Shown here: positions 21,604 to 31,639 of the stretch, piece after piece | How the letters are laid out: each line of letters opens with the position of its first letter | How positions within the stretch are numbered: position 1 is the first letter of the stretch | Translations under genes and position numbers: made by a program | The notes under the pieces: generated by a model | What the model was told of the DNA's origin: nothing | Seen by the model: the letters and a program-made list of their open reading frames with translations, nothing else | Databases searched by the model: none | Source: an uncultured delta proteobacterium | GTDB taxonomy: Bacteria; Myxococcota_A; Polyangia; Fen-1088 | Direction: 5' to 3' | DNA: 64,000 nt | NCBI GenBank assembly: GCA_963767925.1 | Contig: CAVYGB010000002.1 | Coordinates: forward strand, 1-64,000

Positions 21604-22053
21604 CTAGCTGGTGGGGGCGGGGAAGATCTCGACCATGTCCTTGTGCACGGACTCGCCGGCGAGGGCCAGGGTCTGGGTGGGCCACTTCTCGATCTGCAAG
21701 AAGACGTCGCCGCCGGCGCGGTAGCGCCACAGCTCGCAGGGGCCGGCGGCGCGGCCGGGGGCCGTCCCCTCGAGCTCGACGGTGGCGGAGCCCGACATCC
21801 GGGGGACGTAGCTCCCGCCCTTGTAGGAGATGGTCGCCGGAGGTGGGGTGGACAGCGCGAGATCGCGGATCTCCTTGAAGAAGAGGTAGCGGTCGTCGCT
21901 GGCGTCGAGCAGCGGCTCGACCCAGCGGACCTCTTCGCCGTCGGCCGCGCGCACGAGCGGGTAGCTCTTGCCCCCCAGACGGTAGGTCAAGAGCGCCTCG
22001 ACCACGAAGTCCCGCCCCTGGTAGCTGATCACGTCGCGCAGTCGCAGCTTCAT
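21604..22053 (-). CDS. DUF4178-like protein
   Basis: LRLRDVISYQGRDFVV..ISYKG..LQIEKW pattern. Confidence 0.65.
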   Translation of the reverse strand: MKLRLRDVISYQGRDFVVEALLTYRLGGKSYPLVRAADGEEVRWVEPLLDASDDRYLFFKEIRDLALSTPPPATISYKGGSYVPRMSGSATVELEGTAPGRAAGPCELWRYRAGGDVFLQIEKWPTQTLALAGESVHKDMVEIFPAPTS

Positions 22054-22144
22054 GCCTGTCCTCGCTGTCGTTGGCCCAATCCCGTTCTAGTCGCGAGAGG
22101 CTAGCGTGGCAACCGGCAGTGTGGGAAATTAAACCGCAGAATCC

Positions 22145-23233
22145 GTGCAGCTACCGCTCTACCGTATCCTCGACGACGACGGGCGCGTCATCCACCCGGA
22201 GCGCGAGCCCCAGATCCCGAGCGCGGATCTGCGCCGCATGCTGGAGACCATGCTGCAGGTGCGGTTCCTCGACGACCGCCTCCTGAAGCTGCAGCGCCAG
22301 GGACGCATCGGCTTCTACCTGACCGCCACCGGGGAAGAGGCCACCCACGTGGGGCCCACCTGGGCGCTGCGGCCGGGCGACTGGATCTACTCGTCCTACC
22401 GGGAGATCGGGGCGGCCTTCTACCGGGGCTACCCGCTGCGGACGTTCCTCTGCCAGCTCTTCGGCAACGCCGAGGACCCCCTCAAGGGGCGGCAGATGCC
22501 GGTCCACCACAGCGCGCGCGACATCAACTTCGTCACCATCAGCTCGCCGGTGGGCACCCAGATCCCGCAGGCGGTGGGCACCGCCATGGGGGCGCGCATC
22601 GCCGGGCGCGACGACGTCGCCCTGACCTACTTCGGTGACGGGGCCACCTCGACGGGGGCCTTCCACGTGGCGTGCAACTTCGCCGCCGTTCGCAAGGCCC
22701 CCTGCCTGTTTCTCTGCCGCAACAACGGCTGGGCCATCTCGGCCCCCAAGTCGATCCAGACCACCACGCCGACCTTCGCCCAGCGGGCCCGGGGCTACGG
22801 CATGCCGGGGGTCCTGGTCGACGGCAACGACGTGCTGGCTCTGGCGGCGGTGACCGCCGAGGCGGCGGCGCGCGCGCGGCGGGGGGAAGGGCCCACGCTT
22901 ATCGAGGCCCGCACCTACCGGCGGGGGCCGCATAGCTCGTCGGACGACCCCTCGGTCTACCGCGACCCCAGCGAGCCAAGGGAGTGGGAGGCCCACGACC
23001 CCATCGCCCGCTTCCGCCGTTACCTGGTCCACAAGCAGCTCTGGAGCGAGGCGGACGAGAGCATCTTCCTCCAGGACCTGGAGAAGACCTTCGTCGAGCT
23101 GCTGGCCGAGGTGGAAAAGATCGGCCCCCCCGCCCACCCCACCATCTTCGGCGACGTGTTCGCCGACCAGCCCTGGCACCTGCGCGAGCAAGCGGCCGAG
23201 CTGGACCGCGAGCGGCAGCAGCGCCCCCGCTGA
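22145..23233 (+). CDS. 2-oxoacid dehydrogenase E1 alpha subunit (TPP-dependent)
   Basis: QRQGRIGFY, GRQMPVH, FGDGATS, NNGWAIS, HSSSDDP. Confidence 0.93.
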   Translation: MQLPLYRILDDDGRVIHPEREPQIPSADLRRMLETMLQVRFLDDRLLKLQRQGRIGFYLTATGEEATHVGPTWALRPGDWIYSSYREIGAAFYRGYPLRTFLCQLFGNAEDPLKGRQMPVHHSARDINFVTISSPVGTQIPQAVGTAMGARIAGRDDVALTYFGDGATSTGAFHVACNFAAVRKAPCLFLCRNNGWAISAPKSIQTTTPTFAQRARGYGMPGVLVDGNDVLALAAVTAEAAARARRGEGPTLIEARTYRRGPHSSSDDPSVYRDPSEPREWEAHDPIARFRRYLVHKQLWSEADESIFLQDLEKTFVELLAEVEKIGPPAHPTIFGDVFADQPWHLREQAAELDRERQQRPR

Positions 23234-23374
23234 GCGGCGGGCGCTCCCCGTTGTCCGGCCAGGCGCGCGGTGGCCGCTCCGATGCCGCGTCACGCGGCTG
23301 GTGAGCCGAGGGCGAGAGGGGCGAGGTGAAAGGGGGCGGCGCGGTCGGCGGGGCGATGTTATATCGCTGCCGAT

Positions 23375-23713
23375 ATGGCAGACCCCGCCCCCGAGCGAGC
23401 CGATGGTTTCTCCGCGAGCGTGATCCGGCAGGTGCGCGTGGTGGGGATGGTCGAGGGGCTGTCGTTCGTGCTGCTGCTGGGGATCGCGATGCCGCTCAAG
23501 TACCTGGCGGGGCTGCCCCAGGCCGTGCGCGTGGTGGGCATGATCCACGGGCTGCTGTTCGTCGTGTACGTGGCGGCGGCGATGCACGCCGGCCTGACCC
23601 TGCGCTGGCCGGTCTCCCGCACCCTGCTGGTGCTGGCCGCCGCGATCTTCCCGGGCGGCCCGTTCCTGATCGACCGCAAGCTGCGGCGGCTCGAGCAGGC
23701 GCCTCGATCCTGA
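23375..23713 (+). CDS. DUF3817 membrane protein
   Basis: EGLSFVLLLGIAMPLKY..GMIHGLLF..PGGPF. Confidence 0.88.
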   Translation: MADPAPERADGFSASVIRQVRVVGMVEGLSFVLLLGIAMPLKYLAGLPQAVRVVGMIHGLLFVVYVAAAMHAGLTLRWPVSRTLLVLAAAIFPGGPFLIDRKLRRLEQAPRS

Positions 23714-23859
23714 GAGGCGGCCCCGGATCAGTTGGAGAGGGCTGACAGCGAGCCGCGGGGGCCGAGCCAGGCGAAGCCGTCGTTGCCGAGGATGGTGTCG
23801 ATCTCTTCCTGGGTGAAGGAGTACTGGGCGAGGATCTCGAGGGGGGCGGCCGGACTAAC

Positions 23860-23877
23860 CTGACAAGAGGCTGTCAG
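23860..23877. promoter_or_regulatory. Palindromic operator CTGACA-N6-TGTCAG upstream of the VOC gene
   Basis: Perfect 6-bp inverted repeat ~65 nt before ATG 23941. Confidence 0.6.
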
Positions 23878-23940
23878 AGCGGGGCAGTAGGTTCCTCTCG
23901 TCGCCGAGCAGAGAGCCCGGCGGCAGAAGGAGACGACACG

Positions 23941-24306
23941 ATGAAAGACGCTCTGAGCTGGTTCGAGATCCCCGTGAACGACCTCGACCGGGCGGCCCGG
24001 TTTTATCAGGCCATGCTGGCGGTCGACTTGCGCCGCGAGCTGTTCTTCGGGACACCGCACGCCATCTTCCCCTACGACAAACCGGGGGTGGGCGGCGCGC
24101 TCGTACGCGACGACAGGCGACCGGTCGGGACCGGCGGGGCGGTGGTTTACCTCGACGTCACCGGTCAGCTCGATGCCTGCCTGGCGCGGGTGGCGATCGC
24201 GGGCGGCGACGTGGTCCACCCCCGCACCGCCATCGCCGACGCCGGCGTCTTCGCCCTCGTGCGCGACACCGAGGGCAACACGGTGGGCCTGCACAGCCGG
24301 ACCTGA
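23941..24306 (+). CDS. VOC/glyoxalase family protein
   Basis: WFEIPVNDLDRAARFY, DTEGNTVGLH; RBS AAGGAG. Confidence 0.93.
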   Translation: MKDALSWFEIPVNDLDRAARFYQAMLAVDLRRELFFGTPHAIFPYDKPGVGGALVRDDRRPVGTGGAVVYLDVTGQLDACLARVAIAGGDVVHPRTAIADAGVFALVRDTEGNTVGLHSRT

Positions 24307-24327
24307 GCCGGGTCCTCGCGGGCGACC

Positions 24328-26052
24328 TCACCGCGCGGGGGTGGGGCAGCGGAGGGGGCGGCGGCCGGGGTAGTCCTGGCGGCGGGCGGCGGGGTCGAAG
24401 AGGGTGCGGTCGTTGCCGTCGAGGGTGCCGCCGCGGGTGGCGAGGGTCTCGGCGAACAGGTCGCGCATGGGGGTGGCCTCCGCGGTCTGGGGTGGGGCGA
24501 TGCCGTCGAGGAGGCCGTCGCCGCCGCTGGCGAGGTAGCCGTTGGTGACGGTGAGGAGGGGGCGGTCGGCGGGGATGGGCTGGCCCTGGTTGTCGAGCAG
24601 GGTGACCTCCAGGCCGCCGGGGCCGCAGCGGGCGCGGGCGCGCACGCCGGACAGCGAGAGAATGCCGGCCTCGCGGGTGAGGTTGCGGGCGACGAGCGCG
24701 CGGAGCTGGTCGCCGGTGAGGCGGAGGACGGCCACGCCGTCGTCGAAGGGGAAGGCCTGGTAGAGGTCGCCGTAGCGGAGCGGGCCGGCGGGCAGGTCGG
24801 CCCGCAGGCTGCCCCCGTTGATGAAGCCGACCTGGGCGCTGGGGCGGACTGCGCGCAGCAGATCGGCGGCGAGGTTGCCGAGCGCCGACTCCTCGCGCAC
24901 CAGCCGGCGCACCGGGGACCGGAGGCGGATGCCCACCTCGCGGCTACGCAGCTCGGCGGCGCGGGCCACGTCGGGGGCGATGACGTCGGCGAGGCGGGCG
25001 TCGAACCGGACCGGGCTGCCCTCGTAGTCGCCGGGGCGGCAGGCGTCCGGGGCGAACGAGGGGACGGCGGGGCGATCGCCGCAGAGGGGACGCGGGGGGA
25101 AAGTGCGGATGGCCTCGACGCGGCCGCGCGCGCGATCGACGGTGAGGTCCAGGCGGGCGAAGGCCCGGCCGCCGGAGTAGGCCTGCACGATCGGCAAGCC
25201 CGCCACCCGGTGGGCGACGGCCTGGTGGGTGTGGCCGGCGGCGATGGCGTCGACAAGCCCGGGGGGCAGCTCGCGGGCGACGCGGAAGATCTCCTCGCTC
25301 GCGTCGCAGCTCCCGAGATCGTCGGAGGCCTCGAAGCGCTCGCAGCGGCCGCCGGCGTGGGCCAGCACGATCACGGCCGCGGCCCCGGCCTTGCGGGCGG
25401 CGCGGGCGGCGTCGGCGATGGCCCGGGCCAGCGGGACCACGCTGAGGCCGGCGAAGTTGTGGGGGTGGGTGGCCCGGGGCGTGCCGATGGTTGTGACGCC
25501 CACGAAGGCGACCTGCAGGCCGACGGCCGGCACCAGCACCCAGGGGCGCACGTTGGTCCAGCGCACGGGCGCCGGGCGGAGGCCGGCCTCGCGCAGGTTG
25601 GCGGCGAGGAAGGGAAAGCGCGCCTCGCGCGCCCGGGCCTTTATCGCGCCCCGGGGATCGTCGCTGGACCTGGCGGGGACGTGGGCCGGGCCGGCGGGGC
25701 CGAAGTCGAACTCGTGGTTGCCGATGGCGGCCGCGCTGTACCCGAGGGCGTTGTAGCCGCGCACGACGGCGGCGCCCTCGCCCAGGTTCGATTCGAGCGT
25801 GCCCTGGAACATGTCGCCCGAGTCGACGAGGAGGACCGCCCCACCCTGCGCGGCCCGCGCGGCCCGCAGGTTGGCCAGGTGTCCGCCGAGCCAGGGCAGG
25901 CTCTCGATTCGCCCGTGAAGATCGGTGGTGGCGACCACCGAAATGGTCACCCGCGCTGCCGGCGGCGCTGCGTCCGGACGTGCCGCCGCTTGCTGCGGAA
26001 CGGCGGCGATCAGAAACAAGGTGGTTACGGTTGGAACGTTCGCAAGCCGCAT
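24328..26052 (-). CDS. Bifunctional metallophosphatase/5'-nucleotidase
   Basis: TDLHG, DSGDMFQG, GNHEFD, GHTH, NGGSLR, GGDG; start uncertain. Confidence 0.92.
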   Translation of the reverse strand: MRLANVPTVTTLFLIAAVPQQAAARPDAAPPAARVTISVVATTDLHGRIESLPWLGGHLANLRAARAAQGGAVLLVDSGDMFQGTLESNLGEGAAVVRGYNALGYSAAAIGNHEFDFGPAGPAHVPARSSDDPRGAIKARAREARFPFLAANLREAGLRPAPVRWTNVRPWVLVPAVGLQVAFVGVTTIGTPRATHPHNFAGLSVVPLARAIADAARAARKAGAAAVIVLAHAGGRCERFEASDDLGSCDASEEIFRVARELPPGLVDAIAAGHTHQAVAHRVAGLPIVQAYSGGRAFARLDLTVDRARGRVEAIRTFPPRPLCGDRPAVPSFAPDACRPGDYEGSPVRFDARLADVIAPDVARAAELRSREVGIRLRSPVRRLVREESALGNLAADLLRAVRPSAQVGFINGGSLRADLPAGPLRYGDLYQAFPFDDGVAVLRLTGDQLRALVARNLTREAGILSLSGVRARARCGPGGLEVTLLDNQGQPIPADRPLLTVTNGYLASGGDGLLDGIAPPQTAEATPMRDLFAETLATRGGTLDGNDRTLFDPAARRQDYPGRRPLRCPTPAR

Positions 26053-26207
26053 GACGACCCGGGTCGACGCCATGCTACCGCGTCGGGCGAAGCGGGAAAG
26101 CCTTTCTGCGCGAGGGGCGACGTCGCCCACACCGGAGGCGGCGCGTTCGGCAAATCGGGGCCGGAATGGGCGCGAATCGGGGCGGGTTCCGCGTTAGAGT
26201 AAAGACA

Positions 26208-26441
26208 ATGGACAAAGGGGCGGCGAGCGCCGTTCCGCTGTCGGAAGACGCGGACGGGCTCGAGCGGAGACACGAAGAGCTGGAACGAAGGCTGGCCACG
26301 CTGGATCGGCACCTGTCGTTGACGACAGATGAGCAGGTCGAGCGGGTCCGCCTCAAGAAGGAGAAGCTCTGGGTGAAAGATCGCCTGGTGCGGCTCTCGG
26401 GGGGCCCGCTCCCTCCGGGCCCCATCGCCCGCCGGACTTGA
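26208..26441 (+). CDS. DUF465/YdcH family protein
   Basis: [15 protein letters not shown]. Confidence 0.8.
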   Translation: MDKGAASAVPLSEDADGLERRHEELERRLATLDRHLSLTTDEQVERVRLKKEKLWVKDRLVRLSGGPLPPGPIARRT

Positions 26442-26475
26442 CGGTGGCCCCGCCGATCGCGCCGAGGCGCTGACC

Positions 26476-27003
26476 ATGGCGGAGGTCGACGACAAGGACG
26501 GGGCCGAAGAGGGCGCGACCGATGACGGCGCGGACGAGGTGGATCGCGCCGCCTGGCTCGAGCGCTTCCGGCAGTCCGGTCTGAGCATCGATCGCGAGGG
26601 GCGCTTCTGGCACGAAGGCGCGCAGGTGGCGCACGACGGTCTCCGGCGGGCGCTGTTCCGCTGGCTGGATCGGCTGCCGCCGCCCGGTGGGCGGCACATC
26701 TTGCGCCTCGATGAGAACCGCTACGTGTACATCGAGGTGGCCGACACGCCCATCGTGGCGACGTCGTTGCGCTGGTCGGGCGAGACCGCGTGGCTCGGCC
26801 TCACCGACGGCAGCGAGGAGGCGCTGGATCCGCACACGCTGACGCTCGACGAGGCGGGCGTGCTCCGCTGTCGCGTGCGGGGAGGCCGGCTGCTGGCCCG
26901 CCTCGCCACCTCCGCCGCGGTCGGCCTGAGCGAGCGAATCGAGACCACTCCCGACGGTACTTTCCTCCGCGCTTCCGGCGGCGCCTTCCCGATTCTCCGA
27001 TGA
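26476..27003 (+). CDS. DUF1285-like protein
   Basis: [18 protein letters not shown]. Confidence 0.75.
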   Translation: MAEVDDKDGAEEGATDDGADEVDRAAWLERFRQSGLSIDREGRFWHEGAQVAHDGLRRALFRWLDRLPPPGGRHILRLDENRYVYIEVADTPIVATSLRWSGETAWLGLTDGSEEALDPHTLTLDEAGVLRCRVRGGRLLARLATSAAVGLSERIETTPDGTFLRASGGAFPILR

Positions 27004-27015
27004 TATGCTGCCCGA

Positions 27016-27402
<387 letters not shown>

Positions 27403-27589
27403 AGACGGCTTTCGAAGCAGTCGGGTCCCCTCGCTTCGCTCGGGCCCGACTGGGCCCCTCCCGCCCCGCGCGAGGCCTCGACCCCCCCGGTTCCGGGGAT
27501 GGGCTCGAGGGCGCCGGGGCGGTACGCCTGGGGCATGAAATTCAGAGCTGCTCGACGGAGCTGGAAGCGGACCGGGCGCTCCAGAAGGC

Positions 27590-27810
27590 GCCCCGCCTGA
27601 CCGGGCGGCAGTGGCCGGTGCTGAGCGGGGTGGCGGCGGGGGCCAGCGAGAAGGAGCTGGCCGCCCAGCTCGGCCTCTCGACGCACACGCTGCACGATCA
27701 CGTGAAGGCGGTTCACCGGGCTTACCGCGTGCGCAGCGGGGGCGAGCTGCTGGCCCGGTGGGGGGCGGATATGCGGCAGCCGCGGGTGCGGCTGGTGATC
27801 GAAGCCAGAG
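27590..27810 (+). pseudogene. LuxR-type HTH fragment
   Basis: PRLTGRQWPVLSGVAAGASEKELAAQLGLSTHTLHDHVKAVHRAYRVRSGGELLA; no convincing start. Confidence 0.7.
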
Positions 27811-27945
27811 GGGGCTCAGGCGGCTCCGGCGCGGAGCGCGGATCAGGCGGCGAGAAAGCCGCCGTCGACGGGACGGGGGCGCCGGTGAGGTAGGCGGCGG
27901 CGTCCGAGCAGACGCGCGGGGCCCTCGCCTCGAACAGGGACGGCC

Positions 27946-28803
27946 TCAGGTGGCGGCGTCGAGGTGGGTGCGGAGGAGGCGGTTGATCTGGGGGGCGTCG
28001 TGGATGGGGACGCCGTGGGCGGCGCGGGGGAGCTCGAGGTAGCGGGAGCCGGGGATGGCGGCGGCGAGGGCACGGCCGTAGGCGGGGCGGGCGATGCGGT
28101 CCTCGCTGGCGCTGACGACCAGGGTGGGGATGCGGGCGAGGGTGGCCAGGCGGGCGGAGGCGTCGTAGCGGCTCATCGCGCGGAGCTGCTTCATGGCCAT
28201 CGGGTGGGCGTCGGCGAGGTCGCGGCCGAACAGGGGGCGGAGCTGCTCGGCGAGCTGGGCCCGGTCGGCGCCGGCGAGCAGGTGGGCGGGCATGACCAGC
28301 TCGAGGAAGGCGTCGCGGCGCATGCGCCGGGTGCCGATCCGCGTGCGCAGGCCGGTGACGAGCATGCCGGGGGTCAAGGCGGTGGCCTGGCGCCCCTGGG
28401 CGAAGGTGCAGAGGAAGGCCAGGCTCTGGACCCGGGCCGGGGCGGCGAGGGCCAGGGCCTGCGCGATGACGCCGCCCATGGAGTGACCGACGAGGTGGAA
28501 CTTGTCGATCCGCTCGCGCGCGCGGAGCTCGTCCATGATCGCGAGGGCGTCGGCGGCCATGTCCTCGATGGTGAGGGGGCCGGGGAGGACGGCGCCGTCG
28601 ATGCCGCGGTTGTCGACGGCGACCAGCCGGTAGCCGTCGCACAGCCCCTCGACCTGCGGGCCCCAGCCGGCTCCGGCGAGGCCCACGCCCTGGATCAGCA
28701 GCACCGCCGGTCCGGCGCCGCAAACGGTGTAGCCCAGCGCGACGCCGCCGCGCTCGTGGGTGAAGGTCTCCGGGCGGGGCCCGGTCGGAGCAGGGGCGCT
28801 CAT
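27946..28803 (-). CDS. Alpha/beta hydrolase
   Basis: DNRG, GHSMGG, terminal AHG. Confidence 0.9.
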   Translation of the reverse strand: MSAPAPTGPRPETFTHERGGVALGYTVCGAGPAVLLIQGVGLAGAGWGPQVEGLCDGYRLVAVDNRGIDGAVLPGPLTIEDMAADALAIMDELRARERIDKFHLVGHSMGGVIAQALALAAPARVQSLAFLCTFAQGRQATALTPGMLVTGLRTRIGTRRMRRDAFLELVMPAHLLAGADRAQLAEQLRPLFGRDLADAHPMAMKQLRAMSRYDASARLATLARIPTLVVSASEDRIARPAYGRALAAAIPGSRYLELPRAAHGVPIHDAPQINRLLRTHLDAAT

Positions 28804-29783
28804 GGGTTGGGCCGGTCGGCGTCGCGCGCCGGGAAGCTCTCCCCGAGCAGGGCGAGGCCCATCGAGGCGCGTCCGCATGGGCTCTGGAAGTCGATGGTGC
28901 CGGCGCGCAGCGCCTCGTAAAAGGCGCTCAGCGAGGGGGACTCGGCGCGCGTGGCGGCGGGGACCACGGTGAGGTCGTCGACGAGGCTGAAGAAGGTCAG
29001 CCCGCAGAGCAGCCCGACGAGCTGGCGCAGGGCCCGGAAGCTGGCGCGCGCGCGTTCGTCGGGAGGCGCGCCGTCGTGGCGGGCGACCATGTCGAACGTG
29101 ACCTCGTCGGGAAGGCGCAGGAAGAGGGCGACGGTGGCGAGGTCGTAGTAGGGGTGGCCGAGGCCGGTGACCTCCCAGTCGACGAGCCAGGCGCGGGTGC
29201 CGTCCCACAGGACGTTGCCGGGGTTGACGTCGTTGTGGCTCACGACCCGGCGAGGATCGCCGGCGAGGGTGGCGGCGATGGCCTCCAGGGTAGGGCCGAG
29301 CGACCGGGCCCAGGGCGGGTAACCGGGACGATCGCGGGCGGCTTCCCAGGCCGTGTGGGTGTACGGCAACGGGTCGCGCGGGGCGACGTCCGTCGGATCG
29401 AGGCCGTGCAGGGTGCGCAGGCGGTCGATCACCGAAGCGAACAACGGCCCACGCTGGTTGGGGTCGGCCAGCGCCGCGGGCATCGGCACGCCCGCCACGC
29501 GCGCCGACACGACGGCCCGCTCGGCCTCGTCGACGTGCAGGAGGGGCGGCGCGATCCCGGCGTCAGCCGCGCGCCGGAGCACGCGGAGCTGCTGGGCGAA
29601 GTAGCCCGGATCGACCTGGCGGTCCTGCACGCGCAGGACGCAGGGCCCACGCGAGGTCGTCACCGCGAAGACGCCGGCGCCCGACAGCCCCATGGTGATG
29701 GGCTCGATCCGCTCGACGACCCCGACCTGGTCCTCGGGCAGGTAGCGCAGGAGGGCGGCACGATCCAGCGCGGTCGCGGACAT
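28800..29783 (-). CDS. APH/choline-kinase-like phosphotransferase
   Basis: GLSGA, HNDVNPGN, VDWE, DLA. Confidence 0.9.
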   Translation of the reverse strand: MSATALDRAALLRYLPEDQVGVVERIEPITMGLSGAGVFAVTTSRGPCVLRVQDRQVDPGYFAQQLRVLRRAADAGIAPPLLHVDEAERAVVSARVAGVPMPAALADPNQRGPLFASVIDRLRTLHGLDPTDVAPRDPLPYTHTAWEAARDRPGYPPWARSLGPTLEAIAATLAGDPRRVVSHNDVNPGNVLWDGTRAWLVDWEVTGLGHPYYDLATVALFLRLPDEVTFDMVARHDGAPPDERARASFRALRQLVGLLCGLTFFSLVDDLTVVPAATRAESPSLSAFYEALRAGTIDFQSPCGRASMGLALLGESFPARDADRPNP

Positions 29784-29821
29784 GGTTCGGTTGTAACACG
29801 ACGGCCCCTCCCCGGCGGATC

Positions 29822-30163
29822 GGCTTCCCCGGACCTGATCAACAACTCAGATCCGAATCGGGCCTCGATGTCTTTCCGCTGAACGATCAACAGCTGGCGC
29901 TCGCGATCGAGTTCGGCTTCTCCACGTCGCTGGATCCGTTCGATCAATGTGTCCTTGCGGCGGTGTTGGGACGAGCGGACGACCTTCGCCGCTCAGACTC
30001 CAGCACGGAGTTCTTCTTCTGTGAGCTCGACGCCGATCTCCAGCCCTGGGACAAGCGAGGGCGACCGCGAAATGAGCTACGCCAGCTCTACGATAGCCGT
30101 GGGATCTGGGTGTACGGCAGCTTTGACATGGACTGGCCGCCTCCCTCCCAGGAGAACTCGTAA
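29822..30163 (+). pseudogene. 5'-truncated remnant, possibly PIN-like
   Basis: Lower-GC frame LDVFPLNDQQL..LDPFDQCVLAAVL..FFCELDADLQPWDK..LYDSRGIWVYGSF*, with no upstream start. Confidence 0.5.
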
Positions 30164-30166
30164 CTG

Positions 30167-31636
30167 CTATCGGTGTCGGCGACGGAGGAGGATGGCGGAG
30201 GCGGCCAGGGCAAGAAGGAGGAGGGAGTTGGTTACGGGGGGGGGTGGCGTCGGGGCGAAGGTGCAGGAGCAGCCGCCGTTGGAGGGAGGCGGAGGCGGGG
30301 AGGTGGTGCCGGCGTCCGGGGTGGGAGAAGGGCGGGTGTCGGGGGTGGGGGCGTCGGGGGGGGCGGCGGCGTCGAGGGAGGTGGTGGAGGGGCCGGCGCC
30401 GGGGGGGGCGGGGGTGCGGGGGCAGCCGCGGAGGCCGGTGGGGGGGAGGCCGCCGTCGGGGACGAGGCGGCTGCGGAGCTCGGCCCAGCTCGGGTCGCAG
30501 AGGTCGCGGCCGGGCGAGCCGGCGGGGCAGCTCTCGGGGCCGACGAGGTCGGCCCAGGTGAGGACGGGGTTGAACGAGGTGCCGCCGTTGCTGGAGCAGG
30601 CCAGGGCGGTGCCGTTCGTGTCCTCGGGGGAGGTGCACATGTACAGGACGCCGTCGTGGTGGCGCAGGCAGAGGACGACGTGGCCGCCGCTCATCGGCTG
30701 CCAGGTGAGGCCCGAGTCGGTGGACTGGTAGATGCCATCGTCGGGGAGGTCGCCGGGGCTGCCGACCCAGAGGGTCTTGCCGTCGCCGGAGATGGCGAAG
30801 CCGGTCATGCGGTTGTGGCTGCGCTTGAGCTCGCGGAAGGTGGCGCCGCCGTCGTCGCTGCGCTGGAGGGCGGTGCCCTCGGGGAGGTCGACGCGCACGT
30901 AGACGATGTCGGGGTTGGCGGGATCAACGGCGGAGATGAACACGAAGGCGCTGCGGCCGAAGGCGCGGGTGGCTTCGGTGAAGGTGGCGCCGCCGTCGTC
31001 GGAGCGGAAGATCGCGCCGGTGTTGCTGTTGATGAGGCCGCTGGCGTAGAGGCGCGCGGGGCGGCTGGGGGCGACCTCGACGGTCAGCAGGAGGAAGTCG
31101 GCGAGGGACCAGCCGCGGCGCCAGGTGGTGCCGCCGTCGTCGGTCAGCATGACGCCGTTGGGGGCGCCGAGCGGGCCGAGGGCGGCGACGATCTTCTGGC
31201 CGCTGGGGTCGGCGGCGAGGTCCATGATCGGCTCGTCGGGGACGGTGGCGGCGCGGTCGAAGCCGCAGAAGTTGTCGCCGGCGACCGACAGGCCGATGGG
31301 CAGGCCGGCGACGGCGCCCTTGTCGGTGAGGACGAGGGGCGGGTCCCAGGTCTCGGTGGAGTCGAAGCCGATGGCCTCCTCGCAGCGGAGCTGCCAGGTC
31401 TGACCGCCGTCGCGGCTGAAGACGTAGCCGAAGGTCGTCTGCAGGCCCATCCCGGTGGAGGTGGCGCCGGGGGAGAAGGTCATGAAGCGCGCGGTGGGGT
31501 AGCGGCCGTTGGCCCGGGCGGGCGACGCGGCGGCGAGGGTGGCCAGGAGTGTGAGAGCGAGGGTGAGGGTGGGGCGGGGGTTCTGGCGACGCGAGGATCG
31601 AGGAGAGGCGGGGGTGGCGGCTTGGGCTTGGGACAC
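30167..31636 (-). CDS. BNR/Asp-box beta-propeller surface protein with MYXO-CTERM-like tail
   Basis: Repeated S/TxDGGxTW/F; Pro-rich linker; GGCSC + hydrophobic stretch + RRRHR. Confidence 0.85.
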   Translation of the reverse strand: MSQAQAATPASPRSSRRQNPRPTLTLALTLLATLAAASPARANGRYPTARFMTFSPGATSTGMGLQTTFGYVFSRDGGQTWQLRCEEAIGFDSTETWDPPLVLTDKGAVAGLPIGLSVAGDNFCGFDRAATVPDEPIMDLAADPSGQKIVAALGPLGAPNGVMLTDDGGTTWRRGWSLADFLLLTVEVAPSRPARLYASGLINSNTGAIFRSDDGGATFTEATRAFGRSAFVFISAVDPANPDIVYVRVDLPEGTALQRSDDGGATFRELKRSHNRMTGFAISGDGKTLWVGSPGDLPDDGIYQSTDSGLTWQPMSGGHVVLCLRHHDGVLYMCTSPEDTNGTALACSSNGGTSFNPVLTWADLVGPESCPAGSPGRDLCDPSWAELRSRLVPDGGLPPTGLRGCPRTPAPPGAGPSTTSLDAAAPPDAPTPDTRPSPTPDAGTTSPPPPPSNGGCSCTFAPTPPPPVTNSLLLLALAASAILLRRRHR

Positions 31637-31639
31637 CGG

